Positions 10,555-20,623 of a stretch of 37,973 bases of DNA are shown here, one piece after another. The translations under genes and the position numbers were made by a program. The DNA is from a virus (Duplodnaviria; Caudoviricetes). The DNA lies in IMG/VR virus record IMGVR_UViG_3300017902_000170, positions 1 to 37,973 of that record, one strand, 5' to 3'. The notes below the pieces were generated by a model, which did no database searches, was not told where the DNA came from, and was given only the letters and a program-made list of their open reading frames with translations. How positions within the stretch are numbered: position 1 is the first letter of the stretch; each line of letters begins with the position of its first letter.

Positions 10555-13500
10555 TTAAGTTAATGGTTTCTTTCTAGAAACTACAGATGCTGTAGATAAT
10601 CCAGTATTACCATTCATGTTATTGACGAAAAATTCTTCGGGATTTCCAGAACCACGATTCTGATATCCATAGATTTGACCCCAACTATATTTACCCCAGA
10701 AGGTATCTGTGTTTGCTGTTACAGCAAGACCAACTTGAATTACATTGTTACCGTATGATATAGGGCCAGGCAAGAACGCACACGTTACAGTGGCAAGTCC
10801 AGAGACTGCATCGCCAGGAGTGATTGTTTCTACTCTGAATACACCTCCCAAATAGTCACCCTCAGTCACCATTCCAACGGCTACATTTGAACCACTAGAA
10901 GTTGTAATACCAGTAAGTGCATGACCAACAACTAAAGGACTATCGTAGATGGTGAAGAAGTCACCTTTCTGTAATCCAGTGAAATTCACTCCAAGCTGGT
11001 TGAGTGAAGAATATCCATATCCCAAGTTAGTGTTATCATTGAATTGAGATTTCAATGTAAATGCTAATCTAGGTAATACGTTGGCAGTGCCTGGCAACCA
11101 TGTATTTATTCCTACAATATCACCAAAGTCTCCTTTTGCATTTATAGAGAATATATCTTCTCTCCTAGTCTTGTCAGTTTGAACAAGAACTGGGGGTGAA
11201 CTACCAACATCATAACCAAATCCACCATCTGTAACTGTTACAGAGGTTATTACACCAGCAGTTACCGATGCAGTTGCAGTCGCTCTGTTGATAACTGGGT
11301 CAGCATAGAATTGAGTTGTTCCACTACCTACAGCGAGTATTCTTGTGCTATTGAAATCACCATATGGTGTATTCGCAATATCACGAATTTCGTTTGGATG
11401 TGTTATATCTCTCTTATTCCAGTTTGCTAGGTCAAATGAGTAGTAAACATCTCCTACTGTACTAATACCGATGTAGAAGTTGTTGAAGTATTTAATTTTA
11501 GCGAAGTCAAATGTTGCAGGGTGTTGTGTGCCAGCTGGTAATTGTTGACTGTAAGGTTGCCAGAAATTCTTGTCAGTAGAAAGACCAATGGTTCCGTTGT
11601 TACCAACAAAGATAAATTTACTACCATCATAAATGACATCATTAATATCTTGAACTGTATTACTTACCTTATCTGACCAAATTAGACCATCATTAGAAGC
11701 AATAACAGCACCACCATTACCAACTGCAATGAATTCTGCTTGTCCGTATGCGATAGAGTTCAATGTTTCTAGAGTTCCAGAGTATTGACTGAATGCCTCT
11801 GCTGTTGTCATACCAACCGCAGTAAAGATAGATCCAGCAGCACCAACTGCAACCCATGTATCTCTTGATCTCTCCCAGATAACATCCTTAAAACTACCAG
11901 TATATGTACTATCAAATGTATTGGTTACGTTTATTGCAGGGATTACTCTCTTCTCTTTCAAATCAATAGGAGTCCAAGCAGACATACTATTACCAACTGC
12001 AACTGATCTTGCCATTGAAGCACCATCTCCAACTGCCATGACATAATTGACGTTAGTATTACCTTGTGAGTATCCCATACCCACACCATTAAACTGAACT
12101 GTATTACCAAATCCTATTTGTCCTCTTTCCCAGAAAGTACCACTCTTAGTGTTCATGTAGTAACTACTTGAACCAACAGCAACATATGGTTCTGACTGTG
12201 TGATTGCTTTGAAATTTACCGCCTGAATAATACCACTGATACCATCAAACTGCCAATCCTTAATTGGGTCTTTACGATTGATCTTAGCATTTGATATTGA
12301 AATTTCTGGATTTGTAATTGAATATCCAGTACCACCAAAACTTACAGTCAGAGATGATATACTTGAGGATGTAGAAACAATAGATGTTACTACGCCTGGT
12401 ATGATTTCATTATCATCGAATATCTGAATAGTATTTTCTGCTTGTATGAGTTTATCAATAGCGTTGAATAATGGATACACATTGTTGACGTAAATGGTAT
12501 CATCAGTCTTACCAACATTTTTAATTAGTCTGGTTGTAGGTAGAACCTTACTCTTCAAACTAGGTCTTGCCTTCGATACTAATACACCAGAAAGAATTTG
12601 ATCACCTCTCTGTTTCTCCCATGAAAGGGGTCTATCAGCGTCTTGTGCAGTGTTGATTCCAATGCTATTATATGTGAATGTTTCTAAGAGATCGGAAGCA
12701 ACGATTCTCTTACTTGTTCTCTCGAACTGATCTACGTCTGTTACATCAAATCTGTTTTCTTTAATTTGGACTGTATCACCAGGCTTCAATGACTGAACTG
12801 GTTCAACAGTTTCAACATCTCTCTTAGATCCTCTAAAGTAGAATACAGAACACTTAGAATTTGGTTTTGGTGCTTCAGTAAATATAACTCTACTACCCTT
12901 GTATATGTAAGAGGTCTGTGGTGTTTGTAAAATATCATTAATGTAGATGAAGATATTATTTGTAATATCCATATCACTACCAGGCAATGTCTTGAGACTT
13001 AAGATCTCTGTCACACCGCTAGTTGTTACTGATAGAGTAAACTTCTTACGAGTTCCGTTAAAGAATGGTGCGATGTCGTCAAACAATATGAACTGGCCAG
13101 GATAGAATCCAGAGAAACTATCATTCTCTAATTCTTCAACTGTTAGCTTGAATTCTGTTAATACACCTACTCTTGGGTCTGTTGCAATACCAGAAACTGT
13201 TAAATTATCACCAACCTTGAATGCTGTTCCTTCCTCAAGAATATTAAACTCTGAAATATTACCATCAACATTGATACGGAAATCAATCTTAGAGTTTGTT
13301 CCAATACCTGAATTACCTGAAGCATACACCAGATTTCTATTGAACATCTTGTCTGGTTCTGCAATATCAACAAATACAGGTTTAGTAACTTCGCCACCTC
13401 TCTTATACAATGCTTTTTGTGTTGTTAATCCAGCATTAACTCGGAAGGTCGCAGAATCTAGTTTCTCAATTACATCATACCCAGAGAATCCTTGTTCTAT

Positions 13501-16500
13501 AGATGATGCAATTCTCTTACCTTTTTGTGATAATCCAGCTCTTGCATAGTTGTGATCTACAGTTGAAATACCAACATTAACAACATATGTTTTACTGTCG
13601 ATAATCTTATCTACAAATGTACCACCAGCAGCAAAGTCAGTTCCACTAGGAGAGTTGTTATTCAGTCTAGGTGCAAGTATGACACCTTGAATTTTACCAC
13701 CAGAGTTATAGAAACTAGGTGTGGTAGATGGCCCTACCTGTGTTTCAATAGTATTATTGTCAATGACTCTAGTAATCAGAGATCCATTGTAATAAGGATC
13801 TCCCCCTTTTGGATAGAATTGTTTTGTAGTATAGTTATCCTGTGAGCATGAGAATAAAATTCCCTCAGTTCTTAATTTTACATTTCTACCAACACCAGCA
13901 GCAGTTGTAATACCATGAACAACTGGTAAGAATGCTGTCATGATACCTATAGACTCATGATAGTCTGCATGGTTAATATTATATGCAACCCTAGTAGAAA
14001 CACCAACATTCAAAGTTACGTTGTTAGATGTTACAGAAGTTGGATATAATGCAGTGTTATGTGCAGGGTCTGTAGTTCTAGGATATGGATGTTCTGTTGC
14101 ATATTGATCCATAGAGCAAGAGTAAATCAATCCACCTGTCACTAAACCAACTGATGTTGTGGTAGATAATCCATGTGATGAGTCAGTGGTTATCGTTGCC
14201 AATCCACTGTTTGCATCATAGGTAGCATTCGTTACATTGAACTTAACTCTAGATGTAATACCAACATTGATTGTGAATGTATCCAAGGTAGAGGTGACAA
14301 CACCAACTTCTACATTGTGTATTGGGTCAGTGCTTCTAGGATATGTGTGATCTGTTGCATATCCGTCCTGAGCACATCTAAATGTGTATGAATCTGTAGC
14401 AAGACCTATGGTATCTCTAGCAATCAACAATCCGCCGAGTTTTGCGTTTTCAAATGTATGAAGATAATTACCACCACTAATGACTGCATTGTTGACAGAG
14501 GAGACTAGAATATGTTCAGTCTGATTAGATGATGTTCCTACGTCCAGAGTAATGGTGGTATCTGTAGTAGCAGTAATCTTAACAGCAGTATTGTAAGCAG
14601 GATCTGGGCCATTGAGGCCAGATTTCCTTGGGTAATAGTGGAATGTCGCATGATTGTCTAAAGCGCAAGTAAATTTGAATCCATTTGTTTTTAACTTGAC
14701 AGAAGTTCCTTTTTGGAGTGTATGAGATCCAATATCAATCGTCATTAATCCAGTGAAAGGATCGTATGATCCACTTGTAGGAGTATGATAAACTAGAGGA
14801 GATGTTCCTACGTTTACGCTAAACTTATCAAGATCAACAGTTGTAACTGATAACCATTTTTGATCAGATGGATCTTTTCTTCTTGGGTAACTCTTAATGG
14901 ATAATCGACCATCCATCTTACATCTAAATCTTATAGAATCTCTCTCAAACTGAACTCTATTACCAGTAACCATTCCATGACCAGCAGATGTAACAGTCAT
15001 AATACCAGATCCAGCATCATAAGTTGCAAATTCTACATTTCTAACATATGATCCATTGAATCCATGAACATTAGAGAACACAGTCATGATACCTGTGCTA
15101 GCTGTATATGATGCAGTTGAAATATTGTAATTAACTATTGTTGATACGCCAACATTGATTGTTATAGTATCAGCAGATGTAGAACCGATACCAACGGATA
15201 CATTACCACCAATAGGATCATCAGGACGAGGATAGGCGTGTTCTGTTGCGTAATTATCTCTAGCACATGTGAATATTATAGATGCAGTATTAATACCAAC
15301 GGTATCTCTTGCTTTCTTAAGACCACCAGTGGTTGCACTCTGGAACCAATGTGTATTTACAATAGTGGATATACCAACAAATACGGAGAATGTATTTACA
15401 CCAACGTTGTAAATTGGCAACCACTGATTCAAATAAGGATCAGAGTATCTTGGATATGCCTTATCAGCAGTATATCCATCTTTATCACATTTGAATGTAA
15501 TTGATTCTAAGTCAAACTTAACATATTCACCAGCAACGAAACCATGATTTGCAATGGTTGGTTCTAGTACACCAGTACTAGGATTATACGTTGCCGTCGA
15601 AATTGTATGAGCCGATTCATTGATGTATGAGTGTCCAGCACCAACATTCATCACAAATTCACCAGTTGCAGGGTTGTATGTTGATGTTGATATTGAACGC
15701 TCTTCGATTGTAGACACACCAACTCTCACTTCAAAGGTATTAGTGGTAGCTGAAATAATTCCTATGTTTGTATTGTATACTGGGTCTGTCTTACGAGGAT
15801 ATGCATGTATAGTTGCATAGTTATCTTTAGCACACTTAAATGATAATGCACCCTCTGCTATCTGTATTCTTTGTGATGGTCTTTCAACGTTATTCGCATT
15901 TGACGAAACATAAACGTAAGGTGTATAATCTCCACCACCAGTTATGACTGCATCAGTACCAACACCAACTAATGAGTATGGATAATCTCCACCAGCGATA
16001 ACACCCTCAACAGCTATACCTTGATTAGGTACAAATTGATAAACATTAGCAGAGGTTGTAGGGCCTACGTTGACTGTAAACATAGTACCAGCAGCACCAA
16101 TAATCTCTACTGGTTTATCATAGTAAGGGTCACTTGGTCTTGGGTAGAAGTGATTGGTTTGGAAACCATCTTGTTCACATTTGAATACTAAAGATCCATT
16201 TTTAAATTTGATAGACTCACCAGTTTGAAAACCATGTAATCTATCAACAGATACAGTCATGACACCTAATGCTGGTGTATAGTCTGCAAATCTTATGTTA
16301 TACTTGACGATAGTTGAGATACCAGCATTGACTGTAATAGTCGTTCCAGCTACACCTGTGATTGGAACGGCAGTATTGTAAGTTGGATCTTTTGCTCTTG
16401 GATAGTATTTTGTAGAACTATTTCCGTCAGCAGTACATGAGAATCCTAATGAACCATCTCTAAACTTAATACTCTGTCCTACTGTTAAGTCATGAGTTCC

Positions 16501-19500
16501 AATACTCATTGTCATAACACCTACAGAGGGTGTGTAGTCCGCCCCAGACACTGTATAATCCAATCTAGTAGTAATACCAGCAAAGACTTCAAATGTATCG
16601 GTAGAAACGTTACTGATTGGTATCCACGAGTCACTTATAGGATCAGTCGATCTTGGATAATATTTGGTTGATGTAAATGCGTCTAATGAACACTTCCAAC
16701 CTATAGATTCATCTGCTATTCTAACTTCATCACCATTTGAGAATCCATGACTAGGCATGGTCAAAGTCATGATACCCACAATAGGGTTATAATTTGCGGT
16801 TGTTATTGAGTGTTGTGTAGGGCCTGAAAGACCATGATTCGCAACAGTCAGCACCAAAGATCCAGTGCCAGGATTGTAGTCAGCGTTAGTGGGTGTTGTT
16901 GTTCCACCACCAACTATGGATATTGAGTTAGGTATGGTTTCGGAAGCTACGAATTGATGTTCATAGTCCCCACCAACTTTAATAGTTTTTGGATCAGAAC
17001 TCACATATGTGTGTGCATAATCACCACCAGCAAATGTGGATGTTGCAGTAGAATTAAGCCAGACATGCGGATATGGCCCACCAGTCAGTAATGCGCCTTC
17101 TTCTGCACGAAGGAATTGGTGAGGATAATCTCCACCATATATCAATGCGCCAGGAAGAGCCTCCTCAAATCTATGAATATACTGATTTTTTACACGAGAT
17201 ATACCGACATCTACTTCAAGTGCAGTTCCAGAATAACCTACGATTGGAATAGAAGTATCGTATGCAGTTGATCTACTTCTTGGATAATAATGTTGATAAG
17301 CACCATTATCTAAAGCACATGTAAATGCAAGACCAGTTAGAATAACATCTTTACCTACTTTGTAGCCGTGAGGAGCAGCAGTAGTGACAGTTAGAACTCC
17401 AGTTATATTGTTATATGATGCAGTTCCGATATTTAAAGCGGGGTCATAGTCGCAAGTAAATGCGATGCCAGATAGAACGACACAATCATCTTCTGTAAGA
17501 TTGTGATCTTTTCTTGTAGTAACAGTTGCAATACCAGATGACTCATCATACTCAACATGACCAACTTGTACAGCAGGGGCACTTGTGAATGTGACTGCAA
17601 TACCAGTAGCCTGAATAAAGTCATCATTCTCTAATCCATGACCTTTGTATGGAATGAATGAACCAATACCAGATCCAACATTGGCAGTGTGAATACCAGT
17701 GGTAGTCATTGCAATACCAATATTGACATTGAAGTTAAGTGTACTTACTATACCAGTAACACCAAAATACTTTTGAGTGTCGGACGGAAATATAATATCT
17801 CCAACACCTGTGCTAAATGCGATACCAGATAACTTGACAACGCTTGAAGTTGTCAATCCATGAGCAGATGCAGAAGTAATAGTTGCAACACCAGAAAGAG
17901 AATCATATTCTAGTGCGTTTATATTTTTTGAATCACCATCTTTGTCACCAATAGCAGTAATTGTAGTAATACCAGTTGGAGGGTTTTGATTGATATGTTC
18001 AATATGTTTAGGAGTAAAGAATCCAGTTCCACCCTCTACGATACTGAAGTTTGTAATGATACCTGCTTCTGCTCTGTTTACAACACCACCACCGACATAG
18101 TTGTGTTCAAAACTTGATATACCAACGAATGCTTTGAAGGTGTTTGCAGTCGTTCCTATTATGTCAAAACCTGTGACGTTTCTACCGTCCATGATTGCAG
18201 TATCAATACCAGCTTGAACGAGACCACCACTAACATATGTCAATGGTTGTGTACCTACACCAGCCATGACTGTTACTATTTGAGTACTAGCAACACTTAC
18301 GATTGGGTATCCATCTTCTCTGAATAAGAAAGTAGATATACCTTCTGTAACTTGAACTTCTTTTATAAGTAGATTTTTACTTTGATTTCCAGCTGTACCA
18401 ATATAGTGACCACCAAAAACTTGAACTGTTGCAATACCAGTAATATAATCATATCCGAATGAACCTATATTTCTTGCAGCAGATACTGGTGCAAACGTAA
18501 ATCCAGCACCTGTAACTCTTACTCTATCATCAATTTCAAATCCATGAGCACTACCAGTCGTAAATGTAGCAACACCAGCAATGTGATTATAGATTGCAGT
18601 ACTAATTGCAACACTGGTTGTTGATGATTGACCTAGAAGTGCGGTAATACTTGCACCGTAACCTTGAGATGATCTAACTGTGATTTCTGGTATTTCATTA
18701 TAACCTTGACCTTTACCTTCAATTTGAATGAACTGAAGACTACCTGTAGAACCAACACCAACTCTTACAGATGCCTTTTGTGGAGTGTAATATCCAGCAC
18801 CAGTCTGTAATCCTACTTTATTGATTCTTCCTGCTCTTGGAACTCCACTTAAGAAATTAAGTTTATTTGTTGCATTGTCTATTACTTCAAAGTCTAATCC
18901 TGGCGTCTGAACAACGTTATTGATTAATATAAATGGATTATTGTTTATGTCAACGCCTGTGTTCACACTATTGTAGAGTGAAGTGACAACACCTGTATTT
19001 TCAGTCAGTGTAAATTGTGTGCCTGCAATACCTGTAAACTCTAATGAAATATCATCTAAAATTACGTTTTTATCTTTAGGGTCAAATGAATCTAGCTGTC
19101 TAGAAAATAATCTACCAGAAAATGAAGAGTTAGTCTGTAATCCTTGAGGGCCTGTTTTTCCGTAAGGTGCATCTGTAAAGAATATATTATCGTCAACAAT
19201 ATTGTAATCACCAGCAAAAACGGAGTATCCTATACCAGCAGAAGCATGAGTTGTAGCTATTGATCCAAATGCACCTCTCTCTACAACAACACCTGATTGT
19301 GCTGATTGATTGAATATAGGAAAATATCCAGCACCAGTTTTAAATATAATAATTTCTGATACTGTTCCAACTCCAGATATTTTAGGGTAAAAGACTCCTT
19401 CTACACTAGGGGTAGCTGTACCCTCTATTACAATCTTAGGTGGATCTGTTTGTGCATAGCCTGCTCCTCCATCTAAAACCTCGATATTAACTACTCCATA

Positions 19501-19557
19501 AACAGAGTTAAATGTTGGTCTTAGTAGAACTCCTTGTCCAGGCGTAGTTCTTGGCAT
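10555..19557 (-). CDS. Giant baseplate/fibre structural protein (3000 aa), probable C-terminal part of a split gp7; about 12 FxCxxD...YPRxxDP modules and a C-terminal beta-propeller-like region
   Basis: Lies between the gp7 N-part and gp8. Has GGxGY repeats, AVG..G.I..S.DG..W propeller-blade motifs (~11300-12240) and a YSWG.I...GLST..V.R..PL C-terminus. Confidence 0.75.
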   Translation of the reverse strand: MPRTTPGQGVLLRPTFNSVYGVVNIEVLDGGAGYAQTDPPKIVIEGTATPSVEGVFYPKISGVGTVSEIIIFKTGAGYFPIFNQSAQSGVVVERGAFGSIATTHASAGIGYSVFAGDYNIVDDNIFFTDAPYGKTGPQGLQTNSSFSGRLFSRQLDSFDPKDKNVILDDISLEFTGIAGTQFTLTENTGVVTSLYNSVNTGVDINNNPFILINNVVQTPGLDFEVIDNATNKLNFLSGVPRAGRINKVGLQTGAGYYTPQKASVRVGVGSTGSLQFIQIEGKGQGYNEIPEITVRSSQGYGASITALLGQSSTTSVAISTAIYNHIAGVATFTTGSAHGFEIDDRVRVTGAGFTFAPVSAARNIGSFGYDYITGIATVQVFGGHYIGTAGNQSKNLLIKEVQVTEGISTFLFREDGYPIVSVASTQIVTVMAGVGTQPLTYVSGGLVQAGIDTAIMDGRNVTGFDIIGTTANTFKAFVGISSFEHNYVGGGVVNRAEAGIITNFSIVEGGTGFFTPKHIEHINQNPPTGITTITAIGDKDGDSKNINALEYDSLSGVATITSASAHGLTTSSVVKLSGIAFSTGVGDIIFPSDTQKYFGVTGIVSTLNFNVNIGIAMTTTGIHTANVGSGIGSFIPYKGHGLENDDFIQATGIAVTFTSAPAVQVGHVEYDESSGIATVTTRKDHNLTEDDCVVLSGIAFTCDYDPALNIGTASYNNITGVLTVTTAAPHGYKVGKDVILTGLAFTCALDNGAYQHYYPRSRSTAYDTSIPIVGYSGTALEVDVGISRVKNQYIHRFEEALPGALIYGGDYPHQFLRAEEGALLTGGPYPHVWLNSTATSTFAGGDYAHTYVSSDPKTIKVGGDYEHQFVASETIPNSISIVGGGTTTPTNADYNPGTGSLVLTVANHGLSGPTQHSITTANYNPIVGIMTLTMPSHGFSNGDEVRIADESIGWKCSLDAFTSTKYYPRSTDPISDSWIPISNVSTDTFEVFAGITTRLDYTVSGADYTPSVGVMTMSIGTHDLTVGQSIKFRDGSLGFSCTADGNSSTKYYPRAKDPTYNTAVPITGVAGTTITVNAGISTIVKYNIRFADYTPALGVMTVSVDRLHGFQTGESIKFKNGSLVFKCEQDGFQTNHFYPRPSDPYYDKPVEIIGAAGTMFTVNVGPTTSANVYQFVPNQGIAVEGVIAGGDYPYSLVGVGTDAVITGGGDYTPYVYVSSNANNVERPSQRIQIAEGALSFKCAKDNYATIHAYPRKTDPVYNTNIGIISATTNTFEVRVGVSTIEERSISTSTYNPATGEFVMNVGAGHSYINESAHTISTATYNPSTGVLEPTIANHGFVAGEYVKFDLESITFKCDKDGYTADKAYPRYSDPYLNQWLPIYNVGVNTFSVFVGISTIVNTHWFQSATTGGLKKARDTVGINTASIIFTCARDNYATEHAYPRPDDPIGGNVSVGIGSTSADTITINVGVSTIVNYNISTASYTASTGIMTVFSNVHGFNGSYVRNVEFATYDAGSGIMTVTSAGHGMVTGNRVQFERDSIRFRCKMDGRLSIKSYPRRKDPSDQKWLSVTTVDLDKFSVNVGTSPLVYHTPTSGSYDPFTGLMTIDIGSHTLQKGTSVKLKTNGFKFTCALDNHATFHYYPRKSGLNGPDPAYNTAVKITATTDTTITLDVGTSSNQTEHILVSSVNNAVISGGNYLHTFENAKLGGLLIARDTIGLATDSYTFRCAQDGYATDHTYPRSTDPIHNVEVGVVTSTLDTFTINVGITSRVKFNVTNATYDANSGLATITTDSSHGLSTTTSVGLVTGGLIYSCSMDQYATEHPYPRTTDPAHNTALYPTSVTSNNVTLNVGVSTRVAYNINHADYHESIGIMTAFLPVVHGITTAAGVGRNVKLRTEGILFSCSQDNYTTKQFYPKGGDPYYNGSLITRVIDNNTIETQVGPSTTPSFYNSGGKIQGVILAPRLNNNSPSGTDFAAGGTFVDKIIDSKTYVVNVGISTVDHNYARAGLSQKGKRIASSIEQGFSGYDVIEKLDSATFRVNAGLTTQKALYKRGGEVTKPVFVDIAEPDKMFNRNLVYASGNSGIGTNSKIDFRINVDGNISEFNILEEGTAFKVGDNLTVSGIATDPRVGVLTEFKLTVEELENDSFSGFYPGQFILFDDIAPFFNGTRKKFTLSVTTSGVTEILSLKTLPGSDMDITNNIFIYINDILQTPQTSYIYKGSRVIFTEAPKPNSKCSVFYFRGSKRDVETVEPVQSLKPGDTVQIKENRFDVTDVDQFERTSKRIVASDLLETFTYNSIGINTAQDADRPLSWEKQRGDQILSGVLVSKARPSLKSKVLPTTRLIKNVGKTDDTIYVNNVYPLFNAIDKLIQAENTIQIFDDNEIIPGVVTSIVSTSSSISSLTVSFGGTGYSITNPEISISNAKINRKDPIKDWQFDGISGIIQAVNFKAITQSEPYVAVGSSSYYMNTKSGTFWERGQIGFGNTVQFNGVGMGYSQGNTNVNYVMAVGDGASMARSVAVGNSMSAWTPIDLKEKRVIPAINVTNTFDSTYTGSFKDVIWERSRDTWVAVGAAGSIFTAVGMTTAEAFSQYSGTLETLNSIAYGQAEFIAVGNGGAVIASNDGLIWSDKVSNTVQDINDVIYDGSKFIFVGNNGTIGLSTDKNFWQPYSQQLPAGTQHPATFDFAKIKYFNNFYIGISTVGDVYYSFDLANWNKRDITHPNEIRDIANTPYGDFNSTRILAVGSGTTQFYADPVINRATATASVTAGVITSVTVTDGGFGYDVGSSPPVLVQTDKTRREDIFSINAKGDFGDIVGINTWLPGTANVLPRLAFTLKSQFNDNTNLGYGYSSLNQLGVNFTGLQKGDFFTIYDSPLVVGHALTGITTSSGSNVAVGMVTEGDYLGGVFRVETITPGDAVSGLATVTCAFLPGPISYGNNVIQVGLAVTANTDTFWGKYSWGQIYGYQNRGSGNPEEFFVNNMNGNTGLSTASVVSRKKPLT
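13380..18600 (-). repeat. Protein-level degenerate repeat array (Y..xTG.MT.T...HG / F.C..D.....H.YPR..DP / VNVG.S / H.F......GG.Y)
   Basis: 12 YP[RK] cores counted in the translation (YYPRSR, YYPRSTDP, YYPRAKDP, FYPRPSDP, AYPRKTDP, AYPRYSDP, AYPRPDDP, SYPRRKDP, YYPRKSG..PDP, TYPRSTDP, PYPRTTDP, FYPKGGDP). Boundaries are approximate. Confidence 0.85.
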
Positions 19558-19570
19558 TTACTCTGTTTCC

Positions 19571-20593
19571 TCAACTAATGTTAATAGAACTTGAACAATA
19601 AACTCTGGTAACACCAGTGCCGTCTCTTATGATACTGAATGTTAGAATGTCATCATTTGCCGTTGATGGTGGCGGATTACCTCCAACCCATTTTACTCCT
19701 GTTGCGATAGTAGCTCCATTTACAGTACATGGATCACCATAAGTATATCCAACTCCAGCATTGATGATAAGTGTTGCTGTGGTTGCCTTGCTGTTTTCAC
19801 CACTTACGTTTGTAAATGCCCATGAAGTAATTGTTGTTGTTGCAACTCCAACGACTACAGATCCTTGTGAAACATCAATAGTAAATGTGCCGCCTGCACT
19901 TACTTGCATAATATCACTATAGTTTCCTACAACCTTCTCTGTGATATCAGAATTGAAGTTGACTTGATCCATTAAGGTGCTTGCACCACCGACTAGAACG
20001 TCACCTTGTACGTCTAATCTACATGTAGGAGCAGTAGAACCGATGCCAGTATATGCTTCGTTGGTAACTACAAATGACTTGTTATCTGATATTGCAGCAT
20101 CGGATACTCGCAATCCATATCCATTTCCTTTTGCAACTGCCCAAATACTTGGGTTTTCGTTTGAGAATGATGCGACTTCTAGTTGAGATGTGGGTAAAGA
20201 TGTTCCAATGCCGACCATACCATCAGCTTTGATTCTGAACATTGTTGTTGCAGTTCCAACCTCAATAGGGCCTTCTGCAATCGCACCAGGCTGTTGAATT
20301 GTAACTTTACCTATATCTCCATAGGATGTTGTTACAACACCAGTTGTATTGATATTAATATCACTTGAAACACCAGCAGCAGTTCCAGAAAAAGTTGATG
20401 TTGATGCAATACCAGCATTTGTTGAGTAACCAGCTGTAGTGGCGAAGGAAACAAAGCTTACAAGATTAGTACCATCTCCGAAAGTATCATATATCTCGTT
20501 AAAATTATTGTTAATCTTTATAGTTCCTGCCAACAGGGTATCACCTGTGCCGTCATTCGGAGCAGAACCAGTACTAATCCCTTGTTTAGACAT
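19571..20593 (-). CDS. Short fibre/baseplate protein (340 aa) with a T4 gp9/gp10-like N-terminus
   Basis: MSKQGISTGSAPNDGTGDTLLAGTIKINNNFNEIY resembles the DGTGD.LR.G..KIN.NF.E.Y N-terminal motif of gp9/gp10. Two fibre-type repeats: VGIGTSLPTSQLEV and TGIGSTAPTCRLDV. Confidence 0.75.
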   Translation of the reverse strand: MSKQGISTGSAPNDGTGDTLLAGTIKINNNFNEIYDTFGDGTNLVSFVSFATTAGYSTNAGIASTSTFSGTAAGVSSDININTTGVVTTSYGDIGKVTIQQPGAIAEGPIEVGTATTMFRIKADGMVGIGTSLPTSQLEVASFSNENPSIWAVAKGNGYGLRVSDAAISDNKSFVVTNEAYTGIGSTAPTCRLDVQGDVLVGGASTLMDQVNFNSDITEKVVGNYSDIMQVSAGGTFTIDVSQGSVVVGVATTTITSWAFTNVSGENSKATTATLIINAGVGYTYGDPCTVNGATIATGVKWVGGNPPPSTANDDILTFSIIRDGTGVTRVYCSSSINIS

Positions 20594-20614
20594 TACTTAA
20601 AAACGTTTTTTCTT

Positions 20615-20622
20615 TATTTATA
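20615..20622 (-). promoter_or_regulatory. T4-type late promoter TATAAATA
   Basis: Exact consensus in the 30-bp gap, 21 nt upstream of the ATG at 20593. Confidence 0.8.
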
Positions 20623-20623
20623 G

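Noticed and set aside
13380-18600. Repeats as a CRISPR array or a DGR template/variable pair
   Set aside because: Similarity is at protein level only. There are no identical DNA repeats, no adenine-specific mismatch pair and no RT or cas gene.
19558-20623. Frameshift, intron or intein joining the two giant ORFs
   Set aside because: The intervening DNA is a clean ORF with its own late promoter. No intein termini, homing endonuclease or intron structure were seen.
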